From: Eubacteriales bacterium
GTDB taxonomy: Bacteria > Bacillota > Clostridia > Oscillospirales > CAG-272
NCBI GenBank assembly: GCA_045126855.1
Contig: JBGVPG010000024.1
Location: forward strand, 47,467-111,466
Direction of reading: 5' to 3'
Length of the DNA: 64,000 nucleotides
Positions 16,671 through 25,735 of this stretch are shown here, one piece after another (position 1 is the first letter of the stretch; each line of letters begins with the position of its first letter). Both the position numbers and the translations under genes were made by a program. A model generated the notes under the pieces. It saw nothing but the letters and a program-made list of their open reading frames with translations, was not told where the DNA came from and did no database searches.

Positions 16671-17023
16671 CTCTGTGCCTCCCTCGATTCGGCAAGGCCG
16701 TTGGAGTAGAGCACGCCGCATGCGGCGTAGAGATTCTTATCGGTAGTCATGACAACGATCTCATGTTCTTTTGCGAGCCTGATCATATCCTCGTCGGGCT
16801 TTTTTGAGCGAACGAAGATTATGCAGTTCATATCCATCATAAGAGCAGTTCTGATCACCTGTGCATTAACGAGACCGGTGAGAAGCACGACCTGATCTTT
16901 TGCAAAAGCGAGAACGTCGCTCATAAGGTCGCAGCCAAAGGCAGAGTATACGTGTCTGCCAATATATTCCTCACCGCAGAGCACCTTAGCATCAAGAAGC
17001 TCCTGAATCTTAGAAATCTTCAT
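16667..17023 (-). CDS. DRTGG-domain protein (copy 1)
   Basis: 118 aa, with CDLMSDVLAFAKDQVVLLTGLVNAQVIRTA typical of DRTGG. Confidence 0.55.
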   Translation of the reverse strand: MKISKIQELLDAKVLCGEEYIGRHVYSAFGCDLMSDVLAFAKDQVVLLTGLVNAQVIRTALMMDMNCIIFVRSKKPDEDMIRLAKEHEIVVMTTDKNLYAACGVLYSNGLAESREAQR

Positions 17024-17049
17024 TTTTATTCCGTCCTGAATATTAGGAT

Positions 17050-17544
17050 TTAGTTGTACTTAGCAATAATGCCGGGAACGTCATCGACGGTAAGTCTTCC
17101 GTATACGTCCTCGTTAACGGTAAGAACGGGTGCAAGACCGCAAGCACCAATACAACGGGATGCGGTAAGCGAGAATTTTCTGTCAGCGGTGCATTCGTCA
17201 CCGCCAATACCGAGAAGCTCTTGGAATTTGTCGTAAATCAGACCGGAGCCTTTAACGTAGCATGCGGTACCGAGACATACAGCAACGTGATTCTGACCCT
17301 TTGGGGAAAGGGAGAACTGAGCGTAGAAGGTTGCTACGCCATAAACCTTTTCAAGGGGAACGTCCATTCCGTCGGCAATTTTAGCCTGAACCTCAATGGG
17401 AAGATATCCGTAAATACCCTGGGCCTCCTGCATAACAGCCATAAGTCTGCTCTTATCGCCTTTGTATTTCTCAATAATGGCGTTAAGCTGCTGCTCCTGC
17501 TCTTCGGTCCCCTGGAAGGGAATTGTGGAAAGTTTTTTCAGCAT
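17050..17544 (-). CDS. hydC: NuoE-like [2Fe-2S] subunit of the hydrogenase
   Basis: 164 aa. The Cys ligands are CLGTAC...C...CIGACGLAP. Confidence 0.9.
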   Translation of the reverse strand: MLKKLSTIPFQGTEEQEQQLNAIIEKYKGDKSRLMAVMQEAQGIYGYLPIEVQAKIADGMDVPLEKVYGVATFYAQFSLSPKGQNHVAVCLGTACYVKGSGLIYDKFQELLGIGGDECTADRKFSLTASRCIGACGLAPVLTVNEDVYGRLTVDDVPGIIAKYN

Positions 17545-17681
17545 TTTTTGTTTTACTCCTTTAATATATGCGGCGCGCGCAATAAAAATCTATAAAATTA
17601 TATCACAATAAAATAAAAAAATCAATACAAAAAACTCGAAAATAAGTATTTTTTTGCGAAAAAATACTGAATAAAATTCAC

Positions 17682-18518
17682 TTATTTGGAAAGTATCAAA
17701 TAATCGTGATTTAACTGATTCCTTATGTTATTAAATAGCGTAATTGCCTTTCCACCGACACTTTTTTCATTAATTAGATTTACACGTCGACAAAGCTTTG
17801 TACTGCTTGTTACGATGATTTCATCGGCTGAAAACATTTCATCAGTCGTGAACGGTCGTTCCAAAACAGGTATGTCAAGCTTATTGCAGGACGCTATAAG
17901 GTGTTGTCTGGTTATACCTGGTAAAATTCTTGTTGATTTGGGGTGTGTAATAAGTCTGCCTTGCTTTAAGATCGAAATATTTGATTTTGCGCATTCTGTA
18001 ACGGTGCCATCTTTTATAAAAACCGCTTCGTCATAGCCCATTGCTTCTGCCTCTGTAGAAGCTAAAACTGCAGGTAGCAGGTTAACGGTTTTTATGTTGC
18101 AATAACCGTATCGATTATCCGCATGGGTCATTAGACTCATAGGCGGGGAAAGCAAATTGGGGGTAATTTCATCGACCGTAATCAGCAAATTTACTTTGCA
18201 GTTATCAGCCGCGTGGTGTCTTTCGTCCTTACCCCTTGATAACTGAATGTAAATCGCATATGTTTCAACCATTGATTTAATGACAACCTCGTGTATCAGC
18301 TCGGACAAGTATTTTAGCGAATATGGAGATACTATGCCAATTGCCTTCGCATTGTCTAGTAGGCGCTTTAGGTGCTCATCTTCCCAGAGTATTCTGTCAT
18401 AGCAACCCATTGCTACGTCGTAAACTGCATCCCCGAAGAATAGCGCTCTGTCAGAAAGCGGTATAGATATATTTTCACGTCTGTCGAATTTTCCGTTGTA
18501 ATATGCAAAAGAGTTCAT
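17682..18518 (-). CDS. dat: class IV aminotransferase, D-amino-acid aminotransferase-like
   Basis: 278 aa. Contains FFGDAVYDV and a catalytic-Lys context CNIKTVNLL similar to Dat (CDIKSLNLL). Confidence 0.75.
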   Translation of the reverse strand: MNSFAYYNGKFDRRENISIPLSDRALFFGDAVYDVAMGCYDRILWEDEHLKRLLDNAKAIGIVSPYSLKYLSELIHEVVIKSMVETYAIYIQLSRGKDERHHAADNCKVNLLITVDEITPNLLSPPMSLMTHADNRYGYCNIKTVNLLPAVLASTEAEAMGYDEAVFIKDGTVTECAKSNISILKQGRLITHPKSTRILPGITRQHLIASCNKLDIPVLERPFTTDEMFSADEIIVTSSTKLCRRVNLINEKSVGGKAITLFNNIRNQLNHDYLILSK

Positions 18519-18591
18519 TGTCTTCTCCCTTCGTTATAATATTATATTTATTGAAGAAAAAAAGGTGAGCCGCGCAGCTCACCTTTAATTA

Positions 18592-19137
18592 TCAGAATTT
18601 CTTTTCAAGAATGACCTCACCATCAAAGGCTCTGACAGTAAAGCATCTGTTTTCATATAGCATGTAGGTTTTTGGATTACCTTCCTTGGGGTAGGTTGGT
18701 GATCCGGGATTAAGGTAGAAGTTGTTATTGCCAAATTCTTCGCATTTCAATACGTGAGTGTGTCCGTGCAAAAGAATCTCACCTGCTCTGAGAGGTGGGG
18801 GATTACTCGTGTTGTGAATATGACCGTGGGTTGCGAAAATATTTAGTCCGTCAAGCGACAAATAACAGTAGTCTGCCATAATAGGGAAGTCAAGAACCAT
18901 CTGATCGACCTCAGCATCGCAATTTCCACGTACTGCGAGAATAATATCACGTCTTTCGTTGAGTAATTTGATAACTCCTTGTGGATCATAGCTATCTGTC
19001 AGCTTGTTCCTTGGGCCGAAATAAAGAATATCACCGAGAATGAGCATCTTATCGCATCTCTCAGAATCGTAGATTTCAAGAATTCTTCTTGCACTGTCAA
19101 TGTCACCGTGTATATCCGAAACAATTAGTAATTTCAT
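18592..19137 (-). CDS. YfcE/MJ0936-family metallophosphoesterase
   Basis: Contains LLIVSDIHGD, GDILYFGP, GNCD and HGHTH. I prefer the ATG at 19137 with RBS GGAG. Confidence 0.8.
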   Translation of the reverse strand: MKLLIVSDIHGDIDSARRILEIYDSERCDKMLILGDILYFGPRNKLTDSYDPQGVIKLLNERRDIILAVRGNCDAEVDQMVLDFPIMADYCYLSLDGLNIFATHGHIHNTSNPPPLRAGEILLHGHTHVLKCEEFGNNNFYLNPGSPTYPKEGNPKTYMLYENRCFTVRAFDGEVILEKKF

Positions 19138-19233
19138 AGGTAGCTCCAATGATTGATTTGTTTATATTTTATCACGCTTTTTCCGTCTTTTCAATACGAA
19201 AATAAAAAAATATGAAAATATTGAAAAAAACTC

Positions 19234-19365
19234 TTGATTTTTTAAAATCCTTGTGATATAATGGCTACATCTGTGATTATGCCTATACGGCAAGCAGTAA
19301 TATTATCAGGACGGTCCTCTGCGATGCTCTGTATGAACGTCCGAAGTTTAAAGGAGGCCATAAAA
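19234..19365 (+). promoter_or_regulatory. rplS promoter (TTGATT-17-TGaTATAAT) plus a 5' UTR of about 100 nt, a possible L19 leader
   Basis: The -35 box is at 19234-19239 and the extended -10 at 19254-19262. The UTR contains stem GGACG...CGTCC directly before the RBS AAGGAGG. Confidence 0.4.
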
Positions 19366-19707
19366 ATGGAAAAGATCCAGGCTTTTGTTAGTGAGCAGCT
19401 TAAGACCGACGTTCCCCAGTTCGGTATCGGCGATGGCGTAAAGGTTTACGTTAAAATCGTCGAGGGTGAGAAGGAAAGAACTCAGATGTTTGAGGGTACC
19501 GTTATCGCTAGACATGGCGGTGGCATCTCCGAGACCTTTACCGTTAGACGTGTTTCTTACGGTGTAGGCGTAGAGAAGACCTTCCCCCTTCATTCTCCCA
19601 ACGTAGAGAAGGTTGTAGTATTCCGCGAGGCTAAGGTTCGCCGTGCTAAGCTTTACTACCTTCGTGATAGAGTTGGTAAGGCAGCAAAGGTTAAGGAGAA
19701 GGTTTAA
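19366..19707 (+). CDS. rplS: 50S ribosomal protein L19
   Basis: Contains F..GD.V.V...I.EG.KER.Q.FEG.VIA...GG..ETFTVRR.S.GVGVE..FPLHSP. The ORF upstream extension from 19261 was rejected. Confidence 0.95.
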   Translation: MEKIQAFVSEQLKTDVPQFGIGDGVKVYVKIVEGEKERTQMFEGTVIARHGGGISETFTVRRVSYGVGVEKTFPLHSPNVEKVVVFREAKVRRAKLYYLRDRVGKAAKVKEKV

Positions 19708-19726
19708 TCACTCCTTATCTGCCATA

Positions 19727-19756
19727 TAAAAAGCAGGGCGCTTGCCCTGCTTTTTA
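19727..19756. terminator. bidirectional terminator between rplS and the HIT gene
   Basis: Hairpin AAAAAGCAGGGC(gctt)GCCCTGCTTTTT. Confidence 0.8.
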
Positions 19757-19759
19757 TAT

Positions 19760-20098
19760 TTATACAACTCTTTCAGGAAGCTTCTTTCCTCCGAGGATAT
19801 GGAAATGGAGATGCTTTACAGTCTGCGCACCGTCTTCGCCAACGTTGGTAATAACACGGTATCCGTTTTCGAGACCCAGCTTTGCCGCAATTTTTGGAAT
19901 AGCAGTGAATATTGCTGATACGTAGGCGTTGTTATCCTCGTTAATCTCGTCTGCAGAGCCGATATGGAGCTTTGGAACTACGAGACAGTGGACGGGTGCC
20001 TGGGGTTCGATGTCGAGAAATGCGTAGCACTTTTCATCCTCGTACACCTTTGTGGAGGGAATATCTCCGTTGATTATTGCGCAAAAAATACAATCCAT
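19760..20098 (-). CDS. HIT-family nucleotide hydrolase
   Basis: Carries the histidine triad HLHFHILGG. Confidence 0.9.
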   Translation of the reverse strand: MDCIFCAIINGDIPSTKVYEDEKCYAFLDIEPQAPVHCLVVPKLHIGSADEINEDNNAYVSAIFTAIPKIAAKLGLENGYRVITNVGEDGAQTVKHLHFHILGGKKLPERVV

Positions 20099-20232
20099 AA
20101 TAAAAACCGCCTTTCTTTTTCATATTGATTTTACCATAATCGGAAATGAAATTCAAGACTTTTTAATAACATATTGACTTTTTCATAATTTTGTTATAAT
20201 ATTATTTTATATAATTTTTTTTTGGAGGCATT

Positions 20233-21348
20233 ATGCCGTATAAGAATTATGGTTTGCCGAAGTATCCTCTTGCAAACGATATGTGGGAAGAACTGAAAAA
20301 TGAAACCCGACCAATTATGGTGTACGGTATGGGTAACGGTGCTGACAAGCTGTTTGAAAGGTTTGCTACCTTTGGAATTCGTGTTTCGGAGGTTTTTGCC
20401 TCGGATGGTTTTGTTCGTGGTCACTCCTTCCGTGGGTATAAGGTACGTTCCTTTTCAGAGATAAAAGAGAACTACCCGAGCTTTGTAATCGTCCTTTCCT
20501 TTGCATCTAACCGTGCGGAGGTTATAGATATGCTTTCCAAAATTGACTCTGAGTATGATATGTATGCACCCGATATGCCTGTCGCCGCAGTGGAAGAATA
20601 CTTTGACAAGGATTTCTACAACAGTCACTATGACGAGATTGTTAAGGCCTATGAGAGCTTGGCAGACGATAAATCCAGAGATATATACAGCTCAATTATC
20701 AATTACAAGCTGAGCGGAAGGATCAAATATTTATTAGAATGCTTTTCTGAAAAAGATGAAATATACTCGCTACTTGATTGCCAAAGGATAAAAGTCTGCG
20801 TTGATGCAGGGGCATATAATGGTGACACTGCAAGGGAAATGCTTGGCTATTTTCCCAATGTGAAACATATATATGCTATTGAGCCCGATAGAAAAACCTT
20901 TAAAAAACTCACAAGATATTCCGAGGCAGAAGAACATAATAAGGTGATACCAATCAATGCAGCTGTCTGGAATGAAAATACAGCAGGAGCATTCTTTGGC
21001 AGCGGAAACAGAAATTCTACCGCCGTTGCAACTGTCTCGTACCAGCACAGCGAGGATGAAGTACAAATGCTTAAAATTGATTCTCTTGGTGTTGATCGTG
21101 TCGATTATATTAAATATGATGTAGAGGGCGCTGAACGTGAGGCAATTCTCGGGTCGCATGAGACGATCACTCGTAATTACCCCGAGCTTCTTATTTCCAT
21201 TTATCATCGAAGCAGAGATATATTTGAGTTGATAAATTCGGTCACCGAGATATATCCCGAATATGCGTTGTATTTACGTAGATTACGTTGTCTTCCCGCA
21301 TGGGAAATTGATTTAATATGTGTAAATGATCAGAAAGGAAATATCTGA
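20233..21348 (+). CDS. FkbM-family methyltransferase with an N-terminal extension
   Basis: 371 aa. Contains VDAGAYNGDTAREM and IKYDVEGAEREAI, which are typical of FkbM. Confidence 0.65.
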   Translation: MPYKNYGLPKYPLANDMWEELKNETRPIMVYGMGNGADKLFERFATFGIRVSEVFASDGFVRGHSFRGYKVRSFSEIKENYPSFVIVLSFASNRAEVIDMLSKIDSEYDMYAPDMPVAAVEEYFDKDFYNSHYDEIVKAYESLADDKSRDIYSSIINYKLSGRIKYLLECFSEKDEIYSLLDCQRIKVCVDAGAYNGDTAREMLGYFPNVKHIYAIEPDRKTFKKLTRYSEAEEHNKVIPINAAVWNENTAGAFFGSGNRNSTAVATVSYQHSEDEVQMLKIDSLGVDRVDYIKYDVEGAEREAILGSHETITRNYPELLISIYHRSRDIFELINSVTEIYPEYALYLRRLRCLPAWEIDLICVNDQKGNI

Positions 21349-22577
21349 TGAATCGACCTGAAATACTTTCACCCGCAGGAAATTTTGAAAAAATGGTAGC
21401 TGCCATCCGTTATGGAGCAGATGCCGTATACCTTGCGGGACATATATTTGGAATGCGTGCCGCTGCTGATAATTTTTCCGTCGAGGAGCTTCGTGAGGCC
21501 GTGAAGTATGCTCATGAGCGTGACGTTAAGGTTTATCTTACCCTTAATACCATGCCTCGGGAGAATGAATATGCACTTTTGCGTCAATATCTTTTCGATC
21601 TCAGTGATATCGGCATTGATGCGATGATTATTGCAGATGTTGGCGTCCTCAATCTCGTTAAGGAGATGCTTCCAAATATGGAGATTCATATCTCCACTCA
21701 AGCCAATGCTACCAGTTCCGCCGCCTGCAGAGCGTGGTATGCTTTGGGCGCTAAAAGGGTTGTGCTTGCAAGAGAGCTTACTCTGGATGAGATAAAGGCT
21801 ATTCGAGCCAACATTCCCGAGGATTTAGAGATAGAATGCTTTGTGCATGGTTCGATGTGCGTTTCATACAGCGGTAGATGTCTTCTTTCCAATCATATGG
21901 TAGGCAGAGATGCAAACCGCGGTATGTGTGCTCAGCCATGCAGATGGAATTACACCATCAGGCACTATGAAATCGAAGAGGAAAAGCGCCCCGATTGTAA
22001 GATGCCTATTGAGGAGATAAACGGCGAGACCTTTATTATGGCAAGCCGTGACACCTGTACTATTGAGCATATTCCCGAGCTTGTTGAGGCAGGTATAAAC
22101 TCCTTCAAGATCGAGGGAAGAATGAAGTCGGCTTATTATACTGCGGTTGTAACCAATGCGTATAAAATGGCACTTGATTCTTATTTCTCGGGAAATTACG
22201 AGTATAATCCCGAGTGGTACCGTGAGCTTGAATCGGTAAGCCACAGAGATTATCATACGGGATATTATTTCACCGATTCGCATATGGATGCAAATCTAGC
22301 ACCGAATAACGGATATATTAAGGATAAGGCTTACCTTGCTGTTGCTGTTGGATATGATGCTGAAAGCGGACTTGCAAAATTTACCCAAAGGAATAAAATG
22401 TCCTCGGGTGAGCCTGCTGAACTTCTTACTCCGGGGCAGATCGGCAGGCAGCTTGTAATCGGTGAGTTGTATGATGAAAATATGAATCCTATTGAAAGCA
22501 CTCCTCATCCGTATATGACTTTCTATATGAAGGTGTCAAACGAAGTTCAGGTCGGTGACATTTTAAGAGCAAAGTAA
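21348..22577 (+). CDS. U32-family enzyme (annotated as peptidase U32; RlhA/TrhP/YrrO-like)
   Basis: 409 aa. The U32 signature is ECFVHGSMCVSYSGRCLLS. The start overlaps the FkbM stop (TGATG). Confidence 0.85.
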   Translation: MNRPEILSPAGNFEKMVAAIRYGADAVYLAGHIFGMRAAADNFSVEELREAVKYAHERDVKVYLTLNTMPRENEYALLRQYLFDLSDIGIDAMIIADVGVLNLVKEMLPNMEIHISTQANATSSAACRAWYALGAKRVVLARELTLDEIKAIRANIPEDLEIECFVHGSMCVSYSGRCLLSNHMVGRDANRGMCAQPCRWNYTIRHYEIEEEKRPDCKMPIEEINGETFIMASRDTCTIEHIPELVEAGINSFKIEGRMKSAYYTAVVTNAYKMALDSYFSGNYEYNPEWYRELESVSHRDYHTGYYFTDSHMDANLAPNNGYIKDKAYLAVAVGYDAESGLAKFTQRNKMSSGEPAELLTPGQIGRQLVIGELYDENMNPIESTPHPYMTFYMKVSNEVQVGDILRAK

Positions 22578-22586
22578 GGAGTAATT

Positions 22587-23432
22587 ATGTTTATTTTAGA
22601 GATCATTAAGGCCATTATTCTTGGCATAGTTGAGGGAATTACCGAGTGGCTTCCTATAAGCTCTACAGGTCATATGATACTTTTCGACGAGCTTCTTCAT
22701 CTGAAGGTTTCGCCTATGTTCCTGGAGCTTTTCCTTGTAGTAATTCAGCTTGGAGCAATACTTGCAGTTCCGATTTTGTTTTTTGATAAGCTCTATCCGC
22801 TTTCAAAGAAAAAGAGTAAAGAGGAAAACCTTGCTATATGGAACGTGTGGGGAAAGGTTATTGTAGGAGCAATTCCGGCTGCGATTCTCGGCGTATTGCT
22901 TGACGACCTTCTTGATAAATATCTTTACAATTACGTTGTGGTTGCTATAGCACTGATTGCATACGGTATCGCCTTTATTTTCGTAGAAAAAAACAGGGCA
23001 GAAAAGAAATATCGCATAAATACCGTTGAGGAGCTGAGCTATAAAGATGCGTTGAAGATTGGTGCATTCCAGTGCCTTTCTCTTATTCCCGGTACCTCAA
23101 GATCGGGTTCTACCATTCTCGGAGGTATGTTGACGGGTGTATCCCGTACTGCAAGTGCGGAGTTTTCATTTTTTATGGCTATGCCCATTATGGTTGGTGC
23201 ATCAGGCCTTAAAATCTTGAAGTTTATTCTAGAGGGATTCACCGCATCGGGCGGCGAGATTGCATTGCTGCTTATCGGTCTTGTCGTATCCTTTGTAGTT
23301 TCGCTTTTCGTTATTAAATTCCTTATGGATTTCGTGAAGCGTCATGATTTCAAGATCTTCGGTTATTACCGCATTGGTCTTGGCGCTTTAGTTCTCATTT
23401 ATTTTATCATTAAAACTATCGTTGTAGGGTAA
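22587..23432 (+). CDS. uppP: undecaprenyl-diphosphate phosphatase
   Basis: Contains GITEWLPISSTGHM and PGTSRSGSTI. Confidence 0.9.
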   Translation: MFILEIIKAIILGIVEGITEWLPISSTGHMILFDELLHLKVSPMFLELFLVVIQLGAILAVPILFFDKLYPLSKKKSKEENLAIWNVWGKVIVGAIPAAILGVLLDDLLDKYLYNYVVVAIALIAYGIAFIFVEKNRAEKKYRINTVEELSYKDALKIGAFQCLSLIPGTSRSGSTILGGMLTGVSRTASAEFSFFMAMPIMVGASGLKILKFILEGFTASGGEIALLLIGLVVSFVVSLFVIKFLMDFVKRHDFKIFGYYRIGLGALVLIYFIIKTIVVG

Positions 23433-23436
23433 TATC

Positions 23437-23892
23437 ATGGCAAGAACTGAGAAGGTTACGTTTACGAATATGTGTATGATTTCCGATGGACGGGGTAACG
23501 TGCTTGTGCAAGACAGGTTAGATTCCGATTGGCCCGGAATAGCCTTCCCGGGCGGTCACGTGGAAAAAGGCGAGTCCTTTGTTGACGCTATGGTTCGTGA
23601 GGTATATGAGGAGACAGGACTCACCGTTTCAAATCTCACGTTATGCGGAATAAAAAATTGGGCAGATACAGACGGATCCCGATATTTTGTGACCTGCTAT
23701 AAATCATCAACCTTTTCGGGCGAGATCAAGTCCTCGGACGAAGGAGAGGTTTTTTGGACACCGATCAACACAATTCGTCAGTTGAAGCTTTGCGACAATA
23801 TGAATAACATGCTGAATCTCTTTTTGGATGACGCTATAACCGAGCATTACTTTTACAAGGAAAATGATGAGTGGATCGAGGTGTTAAAATGA
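23437..23892 (+). CDS. NUDIX hydrolase
   Basis: The Nudix box is GGHVEKGESFVDAMVREVYEETGL. Confidence 0.85.
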   Translation: MARTEKVTFTNMCMISDGRGNVLVQDRLDSDWPGIAFPGGHVEKGESFVDAMVREVYEETGLTVSNLTLCGIKNWADTDGSRYFVTCYKSSTFSGEIKSSDEGEVFWTPINTIRQLKLCDNMNNMLNLFLDDAITEHYFYKENDEWIEVLK

Positions 23893-24824
23893 AAAAAATA
23901 ACGTTTTACCCGGGTAAGCTTTCTATTGGGGCTATAAACAAAAGAAATGAAAAAATGGGAAGAGATCTTGCATACCTTTTCGCACATGGAATAGAGAAAA
24001 CAGGAAGGGTTGAAAACCACGTTATTATCGACGAGGATAATCTCTCATATCGTGATGATATGTCTAAGAAAATCAGCGTATTTCTCCCCGATAGTTATGA
24101 TGGCACAACTCCCCATGACGTGTTGTACTTCTTTGATGCGCAGAACTTGTTTTGCGGTGCAGGTCACTACACCGAAAACGGAGATCCTTACGGCTCCTGG
24201 CAGCTTGATATTGTTATCTCTCAGCTTCATCGCCAGTACGGTAAGAACATAATCGTCGTCGGTATTGATAATGCCGATATGTACAGAAGCCACGAGCTGT
24301 TTATGAATCCCGATAATTTCGGTAAGCTCTCACCTCTGGCAACCGCCATTCCCGATGATGATTTCTCAAAGGGTTATCTTGATAATCTTTCGGCGTTTAT
24401 GGTTGGTAAGCTTCACAGCTTCATCAAGGAAAACTATTGTATTAAGGAAGATAATATTGGACTTGGCGGCTCATCAATGGGAGGAATTGCGGCATTCTAC
24501 TGCGGTCTTCACCAGTACGGATTCTACAAGTATATTCTTTCTTACTCCCCGGCGTTTGGTCTTTATGATCTCGGTGCATTTGAAGATTATTTTGCTAAAA
24601 ATACTTTTGATGAAAATGCTCCTAAAATCCATATTTACTGCGGAGGCGGCGACCTTTTGGAGGAACAACTGCTACCTGCCGCAATGAGTATGAAGTCTCT
24701 CATGGTTGCCTGCGGATATGATGCCAATAAAGTATTTGAAACCTACGACAGCGAAAAGCCTCATAACGAGGAATCCTGGCGAATGATCCTTCCCGAAAGC
24801 TTCAGTGTGCTTTTGGACCTGTAA
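23889..24824 (+). CDS. alpha/beta hydrolase (esterase family)
   Basis: The nucleophile elbow is GGSSMGG. The ATGA start overlaps the NUDIX stop. Confidence 0.65.
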   Translation: MKKITFYPGKLSIGAINKRNEKMGRDLAYLFAHGIEKTGRVENHVIIDEDNLSYRDDMSKKISVFLPDSYDGTTPHDVLYFFDAQNLFCGAGHYTENGDPYGSWQLDIVISQLHRQYGKNIIVVGIDNADMYRSHELFMNPDNFGKLSPLATAIPDDDFSKGYLDNLSAFMVGKLHSFIKENYCIKEDNIGLGGSSMGGIAAFYCGLHQYGFYKYILSYSPAFGLYDLGAFEDYFAKNTFDENAPKIHIYCGGGDLLEEQLLPAAMSMKSLMVACGYDANKVFETYDSEKPHNEESWRMILPESFSVLLDL

Positions 24825-24827
24825 ATA

Positions 24828-25697
24828 ATGAAAATGTCAATGAAAAAAGTAAATTTTAAAAAGTTTATTCCCGAGTTTTTGATTATTAATTTCGGAGTTG
24901 CGGTTGCTGCCGCTGCAATATTCTTTTTTATGATACCGAGCCACGTTGTTGTAGGAAGCGGTTCAGCTCTTGCAATGGTTCTCAGCAATTTTATTCCTCT
25001 TCCCGTATCAATAATAACGCTATTTATTAACGTCATTCTTTTAATAATAGGTTTTATTTGTGTTGGACCCGAGTTCGGTACGAAAACGGTGTATAGCGCA
25101 ATAATGGTTCCTGTGTTCATGTGGATTTACGAGAGGATTTTTCCAAACTTCAAGTCGTTAACTGACGATCCTCTTCTCGATATGATTGGATATATCCTTG
25201 TGGTGGGTGTCGGATCGGCTATCTTGTTTTCAAGAAATGCATCATCAGGTGGACTTGATATTGTTGCAAAGATCATGAACAAGTACCTTAAAATGGATCT
25301 GGGTAAGGCGATGTCCTTCTCCGGTATAGCCGTAGCGCTGACTTCTGCACTTGTTTATGACACTAAAACAGTCGTTTTAAGCGTAATAGGTACATATTTC
25401 TGTGGAATGATGCTTGATTATTTCATTTTTGGCTTTGGGCTTAAAAGAAGAGTATGTATTCTCTCGTCTAAGCACGACGATTTCGTAAGGTACATTCTTG
25501 ACGAGCTTCATAGCGGAGCAACGATCTATGAAAGCTATGGTGCTTACGATAACACCCCACGCAAGGAGATCGTTACAATCGTCGATAAGGGCGAATACCG
25601 TAAGCTTATGGAGTTCATCAGAAAGCACGATCCAAAGGCGTTTATTACCGTGTATTCGGTCAATGAGATGCAGTATCAGCCAAAAGTAAAAAAGTAA
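24828..25697 (+). CDS. YitT-family membrane protein (DUF2179 C-terminal domain)
   Basis: 289 aa, multi-TM N-terminus with a soluble C-terminal domain (ITVYSVNEM). Confidence 0.6.
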   Translation: MKMSMKKVNFKKFIPEFLIINFGVAVAAAAIFFFMIPSHVVVGSGSALAMVLSNFIPLPVSIITLFINVILLIIGFICVGPEFGTKTVYSAIMVPVFMWIYERIFPNFKSLTDDPLLDMIGYILVVGVGSAILFSRNASSGGLDIVAKIMNKYLKMDLGKAMSFSGIAVALTSALVYDTKTVVLSVIGTYFCGMMLDYFIFGFGLKRRVCILSSKHDDFVRYILDELHSGATIYESYGAYDNTPRKEIVTIVDKGEYRKLMEFIRKHDPKAFITVYSVNEMQYQPKVKK

Positions 25698-25701
25698 ATA
25701 A

Positions 25702-25735
25702 AAGAGCGAGGCATTGTAATCTGCCTCGCTTTTTC
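25702..25735. terminator. bidirectional terminator between the yitT-like gene and ung
   Basis: Hairpin AGCGAGGCA(ttgtaatc)TGCCTCGCT followed by TTTT. Confidence 0.7.
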
